Counted from the stretch's first letter, positions 12,575 to 26,902 are shown. The stretch: DNA of 64,000 nt from Paraspadella gotoi (GCA_051294375.1 CM119267.1:20461476-20525475), one strand, 5' to 3'. Made by a program: numbers and translations. The notes: generated by a model not told the origin, from the letters alone.

Positions 12575-13921
12575 TCATTCTTTCTTTTTCAATTGTGTGT
12601 ACCGACTCGTTCCATCAGAATCCCCGGATGTGGACAAACGAGTCCTGATCATCGTCGCGACGTCGAGGAAGAGAAAAGTTCCGCCAAAGACGAGAGCGGT
12701 TCCGATCCAGTGGTAGAGGAAGAAAGGATTTTGAAAGTAGAAGATGGAGAAAAGGAGGGAGATGAACTTGCGAAGGGTGACGACGAGCGTGCAAACCAGA
12801 GAAGACACTTCCGACGTGAGAATGTAAACGCCCTGAAAAAGGAAGCGGGGGGATTCGAAATGTATATTGATTAGAAACGACGAAAGAAGGTTAAAAATAT
12901 TTAGAAAGGTTATTTTTAACCTTGATGCAAATAAGTTGCGTGACGACGTTTCCGAGCAACCAGACCCACATATCAGACACGGGCACGCCCAAGACGGTAA
13001 ATAGCGGCTCGGACGCGTTGTACAGACTAGCGTGTTGCGAGATACTGGGCCACAGCAACGCGAAACAGGGCAGGGAGAGGGCGTGGGCGAAGAAGAGCGC
13101 CTCGTGCGGGTGCTTGCCGAAACGGCCGTACATGCTTTCCTGAAAGATGCCCATCAGAGCGGAAACGAAAAGAGCAATGGTCAACATGGAGATGCCGGTG
13201 AGCTGCTCAGCCAGAGGAACGACGGTCGCCGACGGAGTAGAGGAGTCGACGGTAGAGTTGAGGGTCGGGGAAGGAGTCGATGAAGGCGTCTTCGATGAAG
13301 CGATCGTCGCCATGCATATCCCCGCGGTGATCATTAACACAGCCACGTATTTTGACTGAGGGTAGCTTCGTTTAAGTATTAGTATTCCTTTAAATAGACG
13401 AGGAGTAAATTAAATACATGAAGTAATTGGCTAAATTATTCTCCCCCAAAGACGACCTACCCATTACGAGATTGGCGATGAGGGATCCCGACCGAAAAAT
13501 CATGTGCAGGGGGAGCGGGATGTGGAAATTGAGGGCGTAGTTGTTGAGGACGTTGGAAGAGAGGAACATGGAGACGAGGCCCAAGTACCACCACAACGGG
13601 ATCGAATTTCGTTTCGTTCCCCATCGCATCTCGTTGATGAAGCCCTCGATGGAGACAAAAACAAACTGAGAAAAAATAGAAAATAAAATGAGTTAAATTT
13701 AATCACAATTTTATTTTAATTAACTCAAACGCGTATAATTTTCCACAAGAAGCGCGCTAAAAAATTGTTCTCCTACAAACTCTCCCAACTCAACGCACCT
13801 GCGCGAAGACGACAATGTTTCCCGACCCGGGATGCCGTTTGATGAGTAACTCCAGAAAGACAACGTTGGAGCAGCATCCCACAAACACCATGGCGGTAGC
13901 CAAAAGCGCCGCTTTGTTCAT
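12575..13921 (-). CDS. SLC35B4: Nucleotide-sugar transporter (UDP-xylose/UDP-GlcNAc)
   Basis: Motifs VFVGCCSNVVFLELL, NNYALNFHIPLPLHMIFRSGSLIANL, MGIFQESMYGRFGKHPHEALFF and TLVVTLRKFISLLFSIFYFQNPF. Confidence 0.95.
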
Positions 13922-14184
13922 CGTTATTTTGGGGGTTTTATTTTCACGACAATCTTTTGTAAACGAGCGTTAACCAGATCACATGACGGTTCGCTTAATT
14001 CTCCACTGTAACGATAATAAGTCAATAATAAACGCTCGTAAATGGTAGGAAGAAAGAGGTAAGAGAACGGGTGGGATTTGGTGGGCGATGAGGGGAAAAG
14101 GTTTCGGAAGCGGTGCAAGCTCAGTAAGGCCTGATTGAAGCTAAAAGGTTCGAACCGGCAATCACTTCACTGCCTTCAAGTCGA

Positions 14185-16132
14185 TCACGCTCCTACGGCA
14201 ATGTAGTTTTCGTGCGCCTTTCGGTTGCACATGTACAGCGTGGAGCCTAGTTGAGTGCCAGGTCCAACTTCGTAGGTGATCGGAAACGGCGAACCGGGTT
14301 GGCGAGTGTAAATGGCTTGCATTGTCTGTTCCCACCGCACTGGTGACGTTATCTGATTGGGAAGAACCTTGCGGATCTCTTCGGGGCTCCTTGTGTTTCA
14401 AAATAGAAAGCATAGTGATTTTTTAAGTAGGATCACGTTCCGCTTTTCAATTTCATCGCCTCCCATCAACCAACCTGTAAAAGGTCCCACTGACGTTTGA
14501 GTAAACCGGGACCGCGGGTTGAGCGACGTCGATTTTCTTCAGCATCTCGAGGAAGTCCTTCCGGGCGGCGGCCATGAGCGGAGTATGAAAGGCGCCCGAC
14601 AGTGGAAGCGATTTCAGTCGTCGAATGTTGAACTTGCTGCGGTGCTCTTGGATAAAATCGATGGCCTCGGAGTGTCCAGCTATCACCTGAAGGGAATAAA
14701 AGAGAAAAGATAGAGGAGACATTTAGACTGCTTTTAGTTTTTTCGTTACCTTGCACTCGGCGTAAAGGAAATTTGCCGTTTGGCAAATGGGATTGGTGAT
14801 CAAGTGCTTTTGAATACACCACTCCTGTACGAGTAAAGATTGAATTGAAAATACAAGAGCGTTGGTCGCGAAAATTCTCAGGCAATCGACTGACCTTTGC
14901 TGTTTCGAAGGCGAGATCAAGCCGAGACTTGGAGGAGGTGAAGCAGGTGGCCATCGACGAAGGCAACTCTTCCGACGCCTTTTGCATCGCGTCCGCGCGA
15001 ACCTGGATGTCAGGAGCGAGAAATGAAGCCAAAAAAGTATGAATCTTTTCGATATGCTACAGTAGTTTGTAAGTCACAGTTTGTCTAGAGCCAATATTAT
15101 AAGCCTCTACAACGCAACCTCCCTTGCCCATCCCTCCCCTCCACCTTAACGAGCCTGATTCCGTCCTCGAACGACAGGGCGCCGGCGAATATGAGCGCCG
15201 TGATTTCGCCGACGCTGAAGCCGGCGGCGCCGACGCAGGAGTAGATGGCGTCGGGATTTTGTCGACGCAGACGCTCAATAGCTGCTAACGAAGAGACGAC
15301 CACCGCGGGTTGACAAAGGCGGGTTCGCTCTAGTTGGTCCAATGGACCATGAATGCAGGCGTGAAGAAGATCATAACCTAAATCGGTTTGTTACCCTTTT
15401 TTTTTTATTCTTTAGATCGTATTTAATTTTAATTTTCAATTAACCTAAAATATTAGAGGCGATCTCAAAAAGATCGCCCGCACTGGGGACTTCCTCGACG
15501 GCCGACTTGCCCATCCCCACGAACTGAGATCCTTGACCAGGGAAGAGTATAATTGAAGTGTCTTCGGGATTGACGCCTTCTGGTCGGAAACTGACGTTAC
15601 CACCTATAATTTAAAAAAATCATACGTAAATCGGATGATCCTATGATGGACTAAAATCTACTAACCATTCATCAGCGGCCATTGGTGCAGGAGGCAAGTC
15701 ATACGCCTCCCAACCCAAAGGTCCGGGGTTCTAGCCCGGTGGTCGCCTCGCAGTTAAGAGGGACGGGGCCCTTAACCCGCCTTTAACACGGTGTTACAGC
15801 CTGATCCGAAGCTCAGGGACTTCTTATATTGAAAGGTTCTGTCATTAACTCATAACAATAATTACTGCCTCTTCAATCCTTCAATTTATTTTTTATTATT
15901 ATTATTAATATTATTTAATTTTGAGGTATTTTTCGCCCCAATACGAACAAGTAGAATGGCGCTTCCCAATCGTAGATGCGCTGTGAAACTGCGACGTAAT
16001 CAGGGAAAGAGGGTGTTGAGGCTGGGAAACGAATCGCCTAGACCGGCGTGCCCCGTGACATTCGATGGCCGACGTCGTCGTCATTGTTTTGACTAACCCA
16101 TCGAAAATGAGTCTCGAAGTCTTTAAGTTCAT
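14185..16132 (-). CDS. MCAT: Mitochondrial malonyl-CoA:ACP transacylase
   Basis: Motifs LFPGQGSQFVGMG, AGFSVGEITAL, SGAFHTPLM, SPVRWEQTM and EVGPGTQLG, with a presequence-like first exon. Confidence 0.93.
15675..15860 (+). mobile_element. tRNA-derived SINE-like element in MCAT intron 1
   Basis: Head has a 7-bp acceptor-like stem (GCGGCCA/TGGTCGC), an A box (TGGTGCAGGAGG) and a B box (GGTTCTAGCCC). The anticodon arm does not pair, and about 110 bp of body with an AT-rich tail follow. Confidence 0.65.
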
Positions 16133-16457
16133 CTTTAATGAGAAGCGATATTTTTTTTTAAAAAATGCCTCTGGTACCAAAAAAAAAAAGAGACGAAACG
16201 CATAAATTATTACTAAAGTGGTACATAGGGTGGAATGAAGTTTCTAAATCAAAAAAGGAAAAAAAGCAGTTGATGAATTTTAGTCTACTTTTAATGAGAA
16301 TATAATTATTATTACAAATCGCTTTTTGTGCGCTCATTTTCAGTTTTCGGAAAATACCGAAATAAGTTTTTTTTTACTTAACGCAAAAACACCTCTCTAC
16401 AACTGCATGTCGCAACATTGGACTAGTCACGGTGCGAAAAGAAAATCAGTTTCGCTT

Positions 16458-18042
16458 CTACTTGACGAGGAAGCTGTACGGATAACCGCCGTACTTTGAT
16501 CTGAAGATTGAGAGAATGAGGGAGAAAAATATGGCGACGATGGCGAGGCCAATCAGAGCTTGAACTCGTTTCTTGCCGCCTGTCTCGCTGTTGTTGTTGT
16601 TGCCGGATGACGAAGCGGCGTGCTTTTTCTCCGCTGTAAGTTGTTAAGGGAGAATAAGAGTCTGATCGATAACAACAACAAATCATTAATATACATTTAG
16701 TGTCTGGGCAGCCGGCTTCATTGAGCAAGATCATGCCGACAACGACGGCGGCGTTCATCAGGGCCACCAGATACGTCTCCACGACAAACTGAGCCTGGCT
16801 GCTCCCGTGGATGTAGGCCACTTGACCTGGAATGAGGAATGAGTCTTTCAGACAACGCTTGTTAGCATAACACACAACCCCAAATCGATCCATCGGCCCC
16901 TTGCCTACCCGTCTGTGGATTCCGGTGCATGAAGGGCGGACCCCTGATGTGGTTCCACATCTGACCGGATGTCATAGTCAACATGATGCAGACAGAGCAG
17001 ATTCCCCACGCCTTCTTGTTGTACAGGAATTCCAAGTTGTTGCGTCTGGGTCAAAGAGAAGAAAGAATGAGGTAGATAAGAAAAAGAAAAGATTAGTCAA
17101 ATTCTTCCGGCATTAACCTGAGATACAACAGGACGGCGATGAATCCGAAGAGAAGGACGACCAAGATGGTGGCCGAGTAGTTCGGGGGTCGAAATATGCG
17201 GATGGGAATCTCGGTTCTCTCCATCACCCATCGCGAGACCATCTCCGCCGCGAAACCAAACCTAAAAATTGGATTTGAAGCAAATAACTCGAACGAATAA
17301 ATATGTTTGTAGCAGATTAATTTGTAGATTATCACAAATGAGGTGGAGTTCCTCAATCTAATTTGCATATTGTATTCTGATTAAGCTTTGATAAATTTTT
17401 GTAAAGATATATCCCTCTGTTATGCTGAGAAGAATAAAGATGGATAAAATATTCTTGGGTCACCTCTGCAGGTCGAGAGAGTCTTGCTTCTTGGGTTTGC
17501 CCTTTGGTGGGAAATGCATAAAAGTCGGGGCCGAATTGAGTTTGAGCATTTGAAAAACATCGGGACCATCGTCAAAGTCGACCATCGCGAAGAAAAGTTT
17601 GTTGTTGTAAGCCTGGATAAGATTGTTCTTGGATAATACTGATAATACTGTAAAATTTTATTATAATACTGAACATTAGTTTGCAATCCAAGACTAATTA
17701 GTGAATACGTCGTATCTCCCCATTACCAACCTGCGAGTATCTCCACGAATTGGCGACGATCTGAAACTCGTCGTGGGCCTGTTGGCATATTTGGCACTGC
17801 CTGCCCGGCTGCAGCGCCGTCAGCATCAGGATGACCGAGTAATTCTTGGGCGAGTTCCTGACCAGGCTCTTGAACTGGTCTCCCTTGAGTCTAATGAGGG
17901 CGCGACGGGCGTTGAGATCGGAGAGAGTCTTAACCTTTTCCGCAATGGCGCTCTCCTTGGAGCGATGCACCGCCGCCGAGACCGCCGCCACGAGGATGAC
18001 GACGACTGCGACGACGACCGTCGATTTATAGTCTCGAATCAT
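16458..18042 (-). CDS. TUSC3: Oligosaccharyltransferase OST3/OST6-type thioredoxin-like subunit (MAGT1/TUSC3)
   Basis: Signal peptide, [59 protein letters not shown] and [13 protein letters not shown]. Confidence 0.95.
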
Positions 18043-18436
18043 ATTTCTCAGCTAAATTATAAAATTAGGACGGGATCAATACTTGAATTCAGACACAAAA
18101 ATGGCAATCTCACAAACGATCGAAATCAATGTATTGATTGATAGGAAATTATAAACTCTTACGTAGATAACAATTTCAGTGAAGGGTGTAGGGAACCAGT
18201 AAAAGACTAGCTCGAAATCTTAAGCGTCGAGAAAGCAATAGTGTACAAAAGATCATCATAAATTACACTAAGTAATACGTACTACACGTAATTCTCTTTA
18301 TGGGTTTTGAATGCGAGTTTTTGTTTTAAAAAAAGTCAAAATTTTAAAGTTGCAAACCACTTCTGACAAATCTTCAAAGCGCGAAAAAACGTGATAAAAA
18401 GCAATAACAAATCGCTCCACTGGCAGTCGAGAGCAA

Positions 18437-19297
18437 TTAAAAGAGGATTCCGGCCTCTCGCTTGGACTGCATGGCGACCACGGGTCCAGTCCGAAGCAAG
18501 GGAATGACAACCTCTTCCAAGATGTCCGTCACCATTAAAAGGATGTCGCAGACTTTCAGGATGAAGACGAGTAGGAGGAAGCTGCAGACGAATTCTATCA
18601 TTGGGCCACCGAGGCACTTGTAAAGGAAAGACTCTCGCTTGACGTAGTACTCGAGATCCTCGGAGATTTCTTCGTTGCGAACGCGCAACGCCTCCAAACG
18701 GCCGCGGAGCCACGCGGATTCCGCCTTCGCCGATTCCAAATCGTGGACTGGCGGTCGCGGGAAATCTTCCTCGGATGCAGAACCGACCTCAGCCTCGACA
18801 TAATCGTCAGTCTCGTGAAGGAGACTCCGTCTCTCCGGGCGAGCATCGTCAAGAAGATCCTTGGGGGAATCGAGGATGTCGTCGGCCGAATCCAACTGGT
18901 CTCCCTCGAATTGCAGAGTATCGTCTTGGGAAGGAAGCGACTGGAAGGAGTCTGCTGTGAATAATTAATTGAATTAAGAGAATTTAGGTACTTTTATTGT
19001 GCTTGGGTCGATGCCATTTTATTGCCCCTTACCCTGAACTGGTTCGCCACCCAGGTTGTCGGCGTCTCGAAAAACGGCCTCAACTGGTAGGGCCTCAGTG
19101 GTCGGGTTTTCGTCATTGATCGCCGGATCGAACTTCTTGTTCGCGCTCAACCCGTTATCGTTGAAAGCCGCGCCGAATTCCGAAGTTTTCTTATCGTTTA
19201 TATTTTGGCCGAAAGAATTTTTTTGGTGATCGGCTTCGTCGCTATGCGACGGAGAACCGGCAACAATAAGCGCCAACGATAAAGTGACTAGATACAT
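18437..19297 (-). CDS. Unknown membrane protein (signal peptide, acidic region, coiled coil, C-terminal TM), 2 exons
   Basis: Signal peptide MYLVTLSLALIVAG, donor G|GTAAGG near 19033, coiled-coil-like LESAKAESAWLRGRLEALRVRNEEISEDLE and hydrophobic MIEFVCSFLLLVFILKVCDILL. Confidence 0.7.
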
Positions 19298-19552
19298 ATT
19301 GAGTACTTAAAATAACAAAATAAATTTCTGGATATTTGGTAGTCTAGGTTTTTATCTCTCGAAGTAGAGGAGTGGAAGAAAAAGCTTCCATCTGAAAAAT
19401 CACGAAAAAAACCAAATTCAATTCTAAAATCTAAAAAAATATGAAAAAATCTCCGTAACGATGGAGTATATTAAAACAAACAAGACAAAATGTGGAAAAC
19501 TTAAGTACGTAGAAATCTTGTAAAATGTATAAATATAAAAAGAAAAGAAGCC

Positions 19553-21720
19553 TCAGTCGCGCTCGTCGTCGCGAGGAACCAACGCCAGTTTCGGGCATCG
19601 CGACACCCTTAACGGCTTGGTGCGATAAACCTCGCGATGCAACTTCAAGTCGGCCAACCAAGTGAAAGCCTTGTGGCAGTCGGGACAAGCGAACGGATGG
19701 AAGCGACGAGAGTGAGAAATCAAGCGTTTAGGATTTGAAAATTTGGCGTCGCAATCGGGGCAAGAAAAGGGTTGTGGCGGTGGCGGCGGAGGGGGTGACG
19801 CTGGCGGGAGAGGCGGCGCGGCTGGGACGTTGTCGACGCGTTCCAACACGGGTTCCTCAGGAAAAACTTCGTATTTGGGTTCGATCTTGACTTGGATCTC
19901 TTCCACGGAAGGGTCGAGAGAGACGCATTTCTCTTTCTCGGGGAGCGTAGGCTCCGCCCTGGGGTCAGACACCGACTCCTCTTCGGCCGTGGCTGTCTCC
20001 GTCTCGACTGTCGCCCGCGAACTCTTCTTAGTCTCTTCGATCATCTCGCGACTCGGAAAGGCGCGACTCGATTTGTGGAAGAAACCCTTTTTGTCCTTGA
20101 TGTGCCAGAGGCGATGGCGCGAAAAGGACTCTTGATCCTGGAAAGTCTCCAGGCAAAAGTTGCAAACAAAGTTGCGTCGGCTTTTGACGTGGGTCAAGTG
20201 GTGGGAGGAGAGGAGCTTCGTGTCCGCGAAAGATTCTTCGCAATATGAGCAGGAATACCGCTTTCTGGGGACCAGGTTGGGCGGGGCCAAAAGGGGCGGC
20301 GGTTTTGAGGCGGCAGGTGGCGTAGGAACGTGAGGGATGTTGAGGTCTAAGGGACAACGGCGGGTTTTGCTAAGGGAATAGACTTTTATTTAGAATTTAA
20401 AACATTTTTTTTAAGTTTTATAAATTAAATAAAATATGTATATTGTATAACCATATCATGAGGCCTTGGACAAAACTCGCCGTTTTTATGGTCTTGCGCG
20501 TGAAAAACGAGATCTTTCATGGAAGAGAACTGGCTGAAACAGAACGGGCACTTGTAACCTTCGGCTTTGTGAACCTCTTGATGCGCAATCAAGTGGGAGA
20601 ATTTGAAAAACGGCTTGAGGCAAAACAGACACGAAAGGGGCTTGATTTTCGGCCGTCTGAGACGGGGAGGAAAACGGTAATAAATAAATTTTATGGTGTT
20701 TTTATTTATAAAAATAAATAAAAAAATTAGTCATCCAATACTAGAAGGACAGTATCTCCTCCCCGTCCCTTCCCCGCTTCCGCGCCTTTGAAATCCAGCC
20801 GGAAGATCTTCCGACAGCGAGAACGACGACGAGGATCTCCGCCTTTTGACCGGACGCGCGCTCTCGTTTTCGTGCTGCTTGAGATGAATTAAAAATTTGA
20901 CGAGAGCTTTGAACTTCAGATCGCACTCGGGACAAGAGAGAGACTTGCGATCGTGAATGTGATCGTTGTAATGTTTGGTCAGCTGGCTTCGGGTCGGGAA
21001 TATCGAGCGGCAAATACGGCACATGTGGCGAGTAGCGGAATCGGCCGCTAAGTAGTCTTCGTCGTCGTCGTCGTCGTCAGCGTCGTCGCGGGAAAAAGAA
21101 GACGAGGACGAGGAAAACGACGAGGACGAAGACGAAGGAATAGATTGGAAATCGGTGGTGGTCAAGCCGTCCACAGATTCGTGTCCAGCTGGTGTCACGT
21201 TTGGACCAACCGTTGGAACGTCACATTTTTCGACCGCTTCACTTTCGTCCCCTTCCGTCGCCCGGACTAGGGAAAGAACTCCGGCGCCATCGGTGAATCG
21301 ATCTCCTGACCGCGCGTCGGGATCAACGGGGTTCAACGAGAGTCGAAACCGTAAGCGGGGGCGAGACTCGGACTCTCCCTTACCTTCGATCTCGTAAAAC
21401 CATTGATCGCAGACGGAGACCTCCTCGCGGAAGACTTCGGAAGAATTGGATCGTCCGTCCCCAACTTCCTCGTCGATTACGACGGAGGAACAGAATCTGA
21501 GCTTAGAGTAGGAATGCTCTTGCAGCACGGTAACTTGCGGAATCTCCACTACGCAATCATCGTCTTCTTTTTCCGAGCAAATGTCGAACTTATGGTCGAG
21601 TTCGAAAAATAAGGCAGCATTTAAATAATCATCAGCTTCCAGCTTGACGAGCGATTTCTCCGGACTGGGGGGAGGTTTACAGATGCCCTCGTAATCACGA
21701 AGCCAGGGATACGAAGTCAT
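19553..21720 (-). CDS. C2H2 zinc-finger protein (about 8 fingers in pairs, 3 exons)
   Basis: Repeated C-x2-C-x3-F-x5-L-x2-H motifs such as CRICRSIF, CPECDLKF, CLFCLKPF, CPFCFSQF, CSYCEESF, CNFCLETF, CPDCDAKF and CPDCHKAF. Confidence 0.9.
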
Positions 21721-22813
21721 TTTTCACTTACAGGATTCGCTCTCGCTCCTTAACTTTAATAGGTTCAATCATTGCAACTAATTCTTACGCCCTAACCGTC
21801 AAGAAATATCGATAATATTATTTGTTCTGTCGTAACTAATTAGAATCAAAATTGTTTTAATCAGACAGTTTTTCTTTTCAAGAAATATTAGTCTTTAAAC
21901 TGTTTTCTTGGGAGTTTCTTCGGCCGCTCTGGACAACGATTTAATCGTTGCAACAACACTGTTTAAAAAAAAATAATCATGAGGCATGGAATTAAAAAAA
22001 CCGAGTATAAAGTCCCGACACCAAATAATCATATAAAATTACAATCGACCAAGAGACTAGAAATGGAAACATACGGTAATTAAAATCAATAACTTCGGGT
22101 AAAAAATACAAGGATTGCGACCCAAAGAGATCGGAGAATATATAAAATACTTCTGTGGCATTTAAGAAAGCTCACGAAAACCAAGAAACATTGAGAAAAG
22201 GCATTACGGAAAATGTACAGAACAAAAACTGAGGTCGACATAAAAATTAGGAAAAAAAAAAAAGAAACTCGTTCAAAAATTAGTTTTCGAGTAAAGAAAA
22301 TACAGTTTGGAGTGTAAATGAGAAGATATCGTTATCTAATGTAATGAACATTTCAAAAAAGTACCGTAGCCCAGCTATGCGTAAAACAACAATAATGACA
22401 ACTACTCTACGATCTAGGCCCGCTAGAATCAACGAGATTGACAATTAAAAAAAAAAAGCTCGGATAGAATGTCAAGCGGGAGAATATTTTTTTTCAAGAA
22501 ATCCGTTTAATTTCCGAATACAAAGCATAAAAGAATCGCCAGATTTTTATACGCGAGTAAACTCGTCAAATCTTTTAAGCCCAAATACATACATACATAC
22601 ATACATACATACATACAAAAGAAACCGGCAGAAAATCAAGTTGTCTGCTTTTAAATAAATCAACCATCACCAAAGTAAACATTGAATTCACTAAAAACAT
22701 ATGGCATACAGCGTTATCTGCCGAATACCTAAAGGGTCCATTTCGGCCAATAAGTAAATGAGCATTTGTTTCCGTTAGGCTTGGAGGCATAATCTTCACA
22801 TTCGCGTCCATTC

Positions 22814-25800
22814 TCACAAATCCCAAGAAAAAAGATGATGTTTGACCAACATATCACGCACGCCCTCCTTCAAAGGATTGTGCTGATCTTTTCGGGGCGG
22901 GAGTTCCCAGTCTTGTTGTAGATTGAAGGCGAAGTTGGAGAGTATTCGCAACTCGCACTTTATTTGCACCCACCCTGTTTCGGGAAGCGAGAGAAACCAA
23001 ACTGAAATTCGACATGTTTTGATTTAAAATCGAGTGGGGTGTATCCTTGGCGGAAGTCTTACCGGGAGATCGCAAAAAAGACCAAGGATGGTACCACTTT
23101 TCGACAACGGACAGAGAAGAGCAAAGACTCTCCAGCCAAAGGTGCAGCACTTGTTCATTTAGCCCCATGCAGATGGCGCTTCGGAACTTGACGTCCATCA
23201 TGGCGTGGGCGAGGTCGTGAGAGTGGTTCACGCTCTCGATTGATCTGATTGTGAATATCCACCGGCAAAACGTAATAAAGAATACGTTCTTATGGTCAAA
23301 TTTGGTGAGAAGAAGATCAACAACGAACCTGTACAAAAGCTCCTCCGGCGTGAGAACTTTGCCGTCTTCGTCCAAACGATAAGTTTTGCAGAGAACGAGA
23401 CGTGAATAAACGGAATTGAAGTCCTTCTCGATCTCCTTGTGTGCCGCCTCTTCAACGAAGAGCCAAGGATGACAAACCCCTGAAGATAAAATTTATTTGT
23501 GACTTATTGATTAATAATCAATGATTATTGATATCTTAATCTAATAAACTATATTTCTAAATTTTACAATTTTTTTTTTTTTTTTTTGCTAAAAACTACC
23601 TCCGATAATGGACGATTTTTTTAGGCCGTGCTCGAAAATTGCTTTCAACGCCGGACACAAGGTTCCCCGAACGAGATCAGTGATGGTCTCTGGAGGAACG
23701 CCGAGAAAGAGAAATAAAACAGGGATAAGAATCGAGCGGAAGTTTCTGCGGAGAAGGTTTGAGCGAAACTAAATCCTCGTCTCAGAGATCCGAGTCGGGA
23801 AGAAAAAAAAAACTATCGTCTCGTAACGGAGATCGAACGGGAAAGTCGAAATGATCGTGAAACGGTGAAGGAGAAGAAACAACAAATATTTCGCGCCGAG
23901 TCGCGACTAGAGTTTTCCGGCAAGGGTATTTCTCACCCGTGACGGTGTCGTCCCCGGCCGATGTGTACATCTTAGATCGCTCGTCGAGAAGCTCGACGAA
24001 TTTGGCCGGAAACCATCCGCGGAGTCCGTTCAACTCGCCCACCCAACAATGCTCATCTTTTTGAGAAATGACTGAAAATCAAAGTCGAATGAATTCGGTT
24101 AAAGGTTGTTAATTGAAACTCCCCTTCACTCCCCCTCACCCCCCGTTATCCAACTCGATTCACCCGTAATAACGTCGTTTCTCCTGAAGCCCAACTCGTC
24201 GTCGTCGTGACGCTCGAAGTCGAGCAGCGCCTTGGCGCGGCGCCGCCGACCGCGCGTCACCACCGCGTATCGCTCGTGGTCGTGGGAATGCGAGTCCATC
24301 GTGTAGTCGGCCGAGAGGCTCACCTGAGAGGAGAAGGGGGGGAGAAATAAAAAAACAATGTAATTAAATAAGGAAATCTAAAATCGGCATTTCTTTTTTT
24401 TTTTTTTTTTAAATAGAGGGGAACCTCACCGAAGAGTAACGCGAGTCGATTGACTGAAAATGTCGCGCCAACTAAATTTAAAATTAAACGTAAGTTCAAA
24501 ACTTCGTATGATCGGGGTTTCTAATCTCCATGATTTGAATCACTTGTAAAATAGCCTCTCGCAAATCGACGAGCAGCTCCGTCTGTCGGATGTTCTTGTT
24601 CTTCAACGAGTCTGAGTCGTCGCCCTCGCAATCGCCCCAGAAAAGACCGCCGAACATGGAGCGCGAGCGGCCCATGGGCCTTCGGTGCAGCTTGTGCTTG
24701 GGTAAGTTTTGCGAGGATTCGGGGTTGATGAGCGCGCCGTGGTCGGCCATGAGGTAAGCCAGGTGCTTCCGCCGGTTCGTCTCCACGGCCACGGTGGACA
24801 ACGAGCCCGCCGTGCGGAAGGCCGTCGCTATTAGTTCGTCGACGTCTGGAGCAAGGAAAACAAATATAGTAGCATATGTAAATGGTCGACACAGCGACAT
24901 GTTTGTTGACGAACAAGAAACTTAGCCATCATTTGAATTACCTGTGATGTCGCCCGGGATGTCAGATAAGCAGTTAAAGATGTGGGCGGAGTTGTCGCAA
25001 GCCTTCAGATCTTCCTCTCTAGACTTGAGCATTCCGAGCGTGACCCGAAAAAGAGCTACGGAGCCTAAAAATAAAAAAATCAAGTCAGTGAATCGAAAAC
25101 ATGTCTGTTTTTTGTTTATCAAATAAAATCGTTGTTGCAACAAAACAAATCTCTTTGCTAAAAGTCAGTGATCAAAATCAGCCATTTTAACATATGTAAA
25201 TTATCAAATTCCACAACAAATTACCTTCGTAAAAGAATATATCCCATATTCTGAGCAAAACCTTCATGTGAACAACAGAGGCAAATCCGGTGAGAAACCA
25301 GTGAAGGCAAATTAGACTCAATTCGATGTCGTGTTCCTGATGCAAAACAAGACGTGCTTGATAACCCGACTAATATTGATTTCATGACAAGTCGTCCAGA
25401 GTTCTCACCTTGAGTATGCTGTCCGTCTCCGGCAAGTAGTTGACGATGAGTTGGCGAAGAACTCGCTGGTCGGCCTGAACGCCGATCAGGGTGGATGAGA
25501 AGTAGGAGGCGGGAACGAGATCCTCCACGATGGCGCACATCATCCAGAAGGAGTCCTCTTCTTCCATGAAGAGAAGAAGGGAGGCCGCGATCATCCCGGT
25601 GCCTTGGCAATAGCCTTAAAAAGAAGAAGAAAACCAGTCATCCGCTTCGATAAGGTTTTATTCTCCCTTTCATCCCAACCGGACTCACCAATGTCGGGAT
25701 AGAGCCAGGCGATCCCCCTGAGAATTCTTCTGAGTCTAGAGACACCGTTGGCGTTGATGCCGGAAAAACAGACGTTGGCCGGCATCGTGCGAAGCAGATC

Positions 25801-26430
25801 CTGAACGAGGAAGCAAATGGGGAGAGTGAAACATCATCCGTCAATGAGAATCGACGAGTGAGACTCAACGACCTTTTCTATTTGTTTGGACGTCATCAAG
25901 TGCTCGTGCGAAGAGTTTCGCACGATATCTTTGTAACCGAGTTCGGACTGCAGTTTCTTGTGTAAGGCGCCGCTGGTCCGCATCCATATTTGCGGTCGGA
26001 GCGAATGCGGAATGCCTGGAAAGCGAATGTAGATTGGCTTCTTGAACGGGCGAGATTGAAATTATTCTTTAAAGTTTAATTGAAGAGTAGACTGACCTTC
26101 AATGATCATCTTCTTGAGCTTCTCTGACCTCGGCAGCGTAGAGTCGACCTTATCCCACGACATTTCGCCGACGTCCTGATTCATGGTGAACTCCAGATAC
26201 GCCGTCCAATGTAAACGTTGGTTCGGGTCCTAAGGTTGAAAGCGAATCTTACACGTAAACTCGTTTAATTTGTATTCAGTGTTTTACTGTCCTTTACTTC
26301 GACTAAGGGTTGACTGAGCAGTTTGTTGGAACTCTGTTCGGGACCGTCTTCTTCTTCGACCCTGAATCCGAATTCGTCGAATCTGTAACCGAATTCACCT
26401 GGAAAGAAAATTTAAATGAGGAACCCACCA

Positions 26431-26513
<83 letters not shown>

Positions 26514-26902
26514 TCCGGGTCTTCAGCCTCAGCGGCTGAGTCCTGTCCGAATTTAGTCAAAATGTCTTGCGGCCACATGGACGGGGTTAGTGCCGAAAAG
26601 GCTCCCCCCGGAGTCGGCGTCAGGTTCGAACGAGTGGCGCTCCTTAGACGCTTGGCTTTCGTTGACGCCGTTTCCACGGAGGAGACGGAAAGAACGTCGG
26701 CGTCGTGATCGAATTTCCCTTGGTCTGGAGAAGAGGGAGACAACGAAAATATAAAACTTGTAAAAAGCAATTTATTTTTCAAACGCCCCTCACCGTCGAC
26801 ATCGCTATCGGGGTCCGAGTCATTCGTGTCCATGATCGCGCCGCCCTTGACGTAGCCGCTCCGCTCGGGGTCGGCACCGACCAGAGAGCTTAACATCTCC
26901 AT
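22814..26902 (-). CDS. SGSM3: Small G protein signalling modulator 3 (TBC-SH3-RUN)
   Basis: Motifs [45 protein letters not shown]3 [53 protein letters not shown] and terminal HHLFSWDL. Confidence 0.96.
26431..26509. repeat. (TC)n microsatellite filling most of an SGSM3 intron
   Basis: About 38 TC units with one interruption, directly visible. Confidence 0.95.

Noticed and set aside
15675-15747. Functional tRNA-Gly(CCC) gene
   Set aside because: The anticodon stem does not pair and the T arm is out of register, so a SINE head fits better.
26303-26902. ERERER-repeat domain in SGSM3
   Set aside because: It arises from reading through an intronic (GA)n microsatellite.
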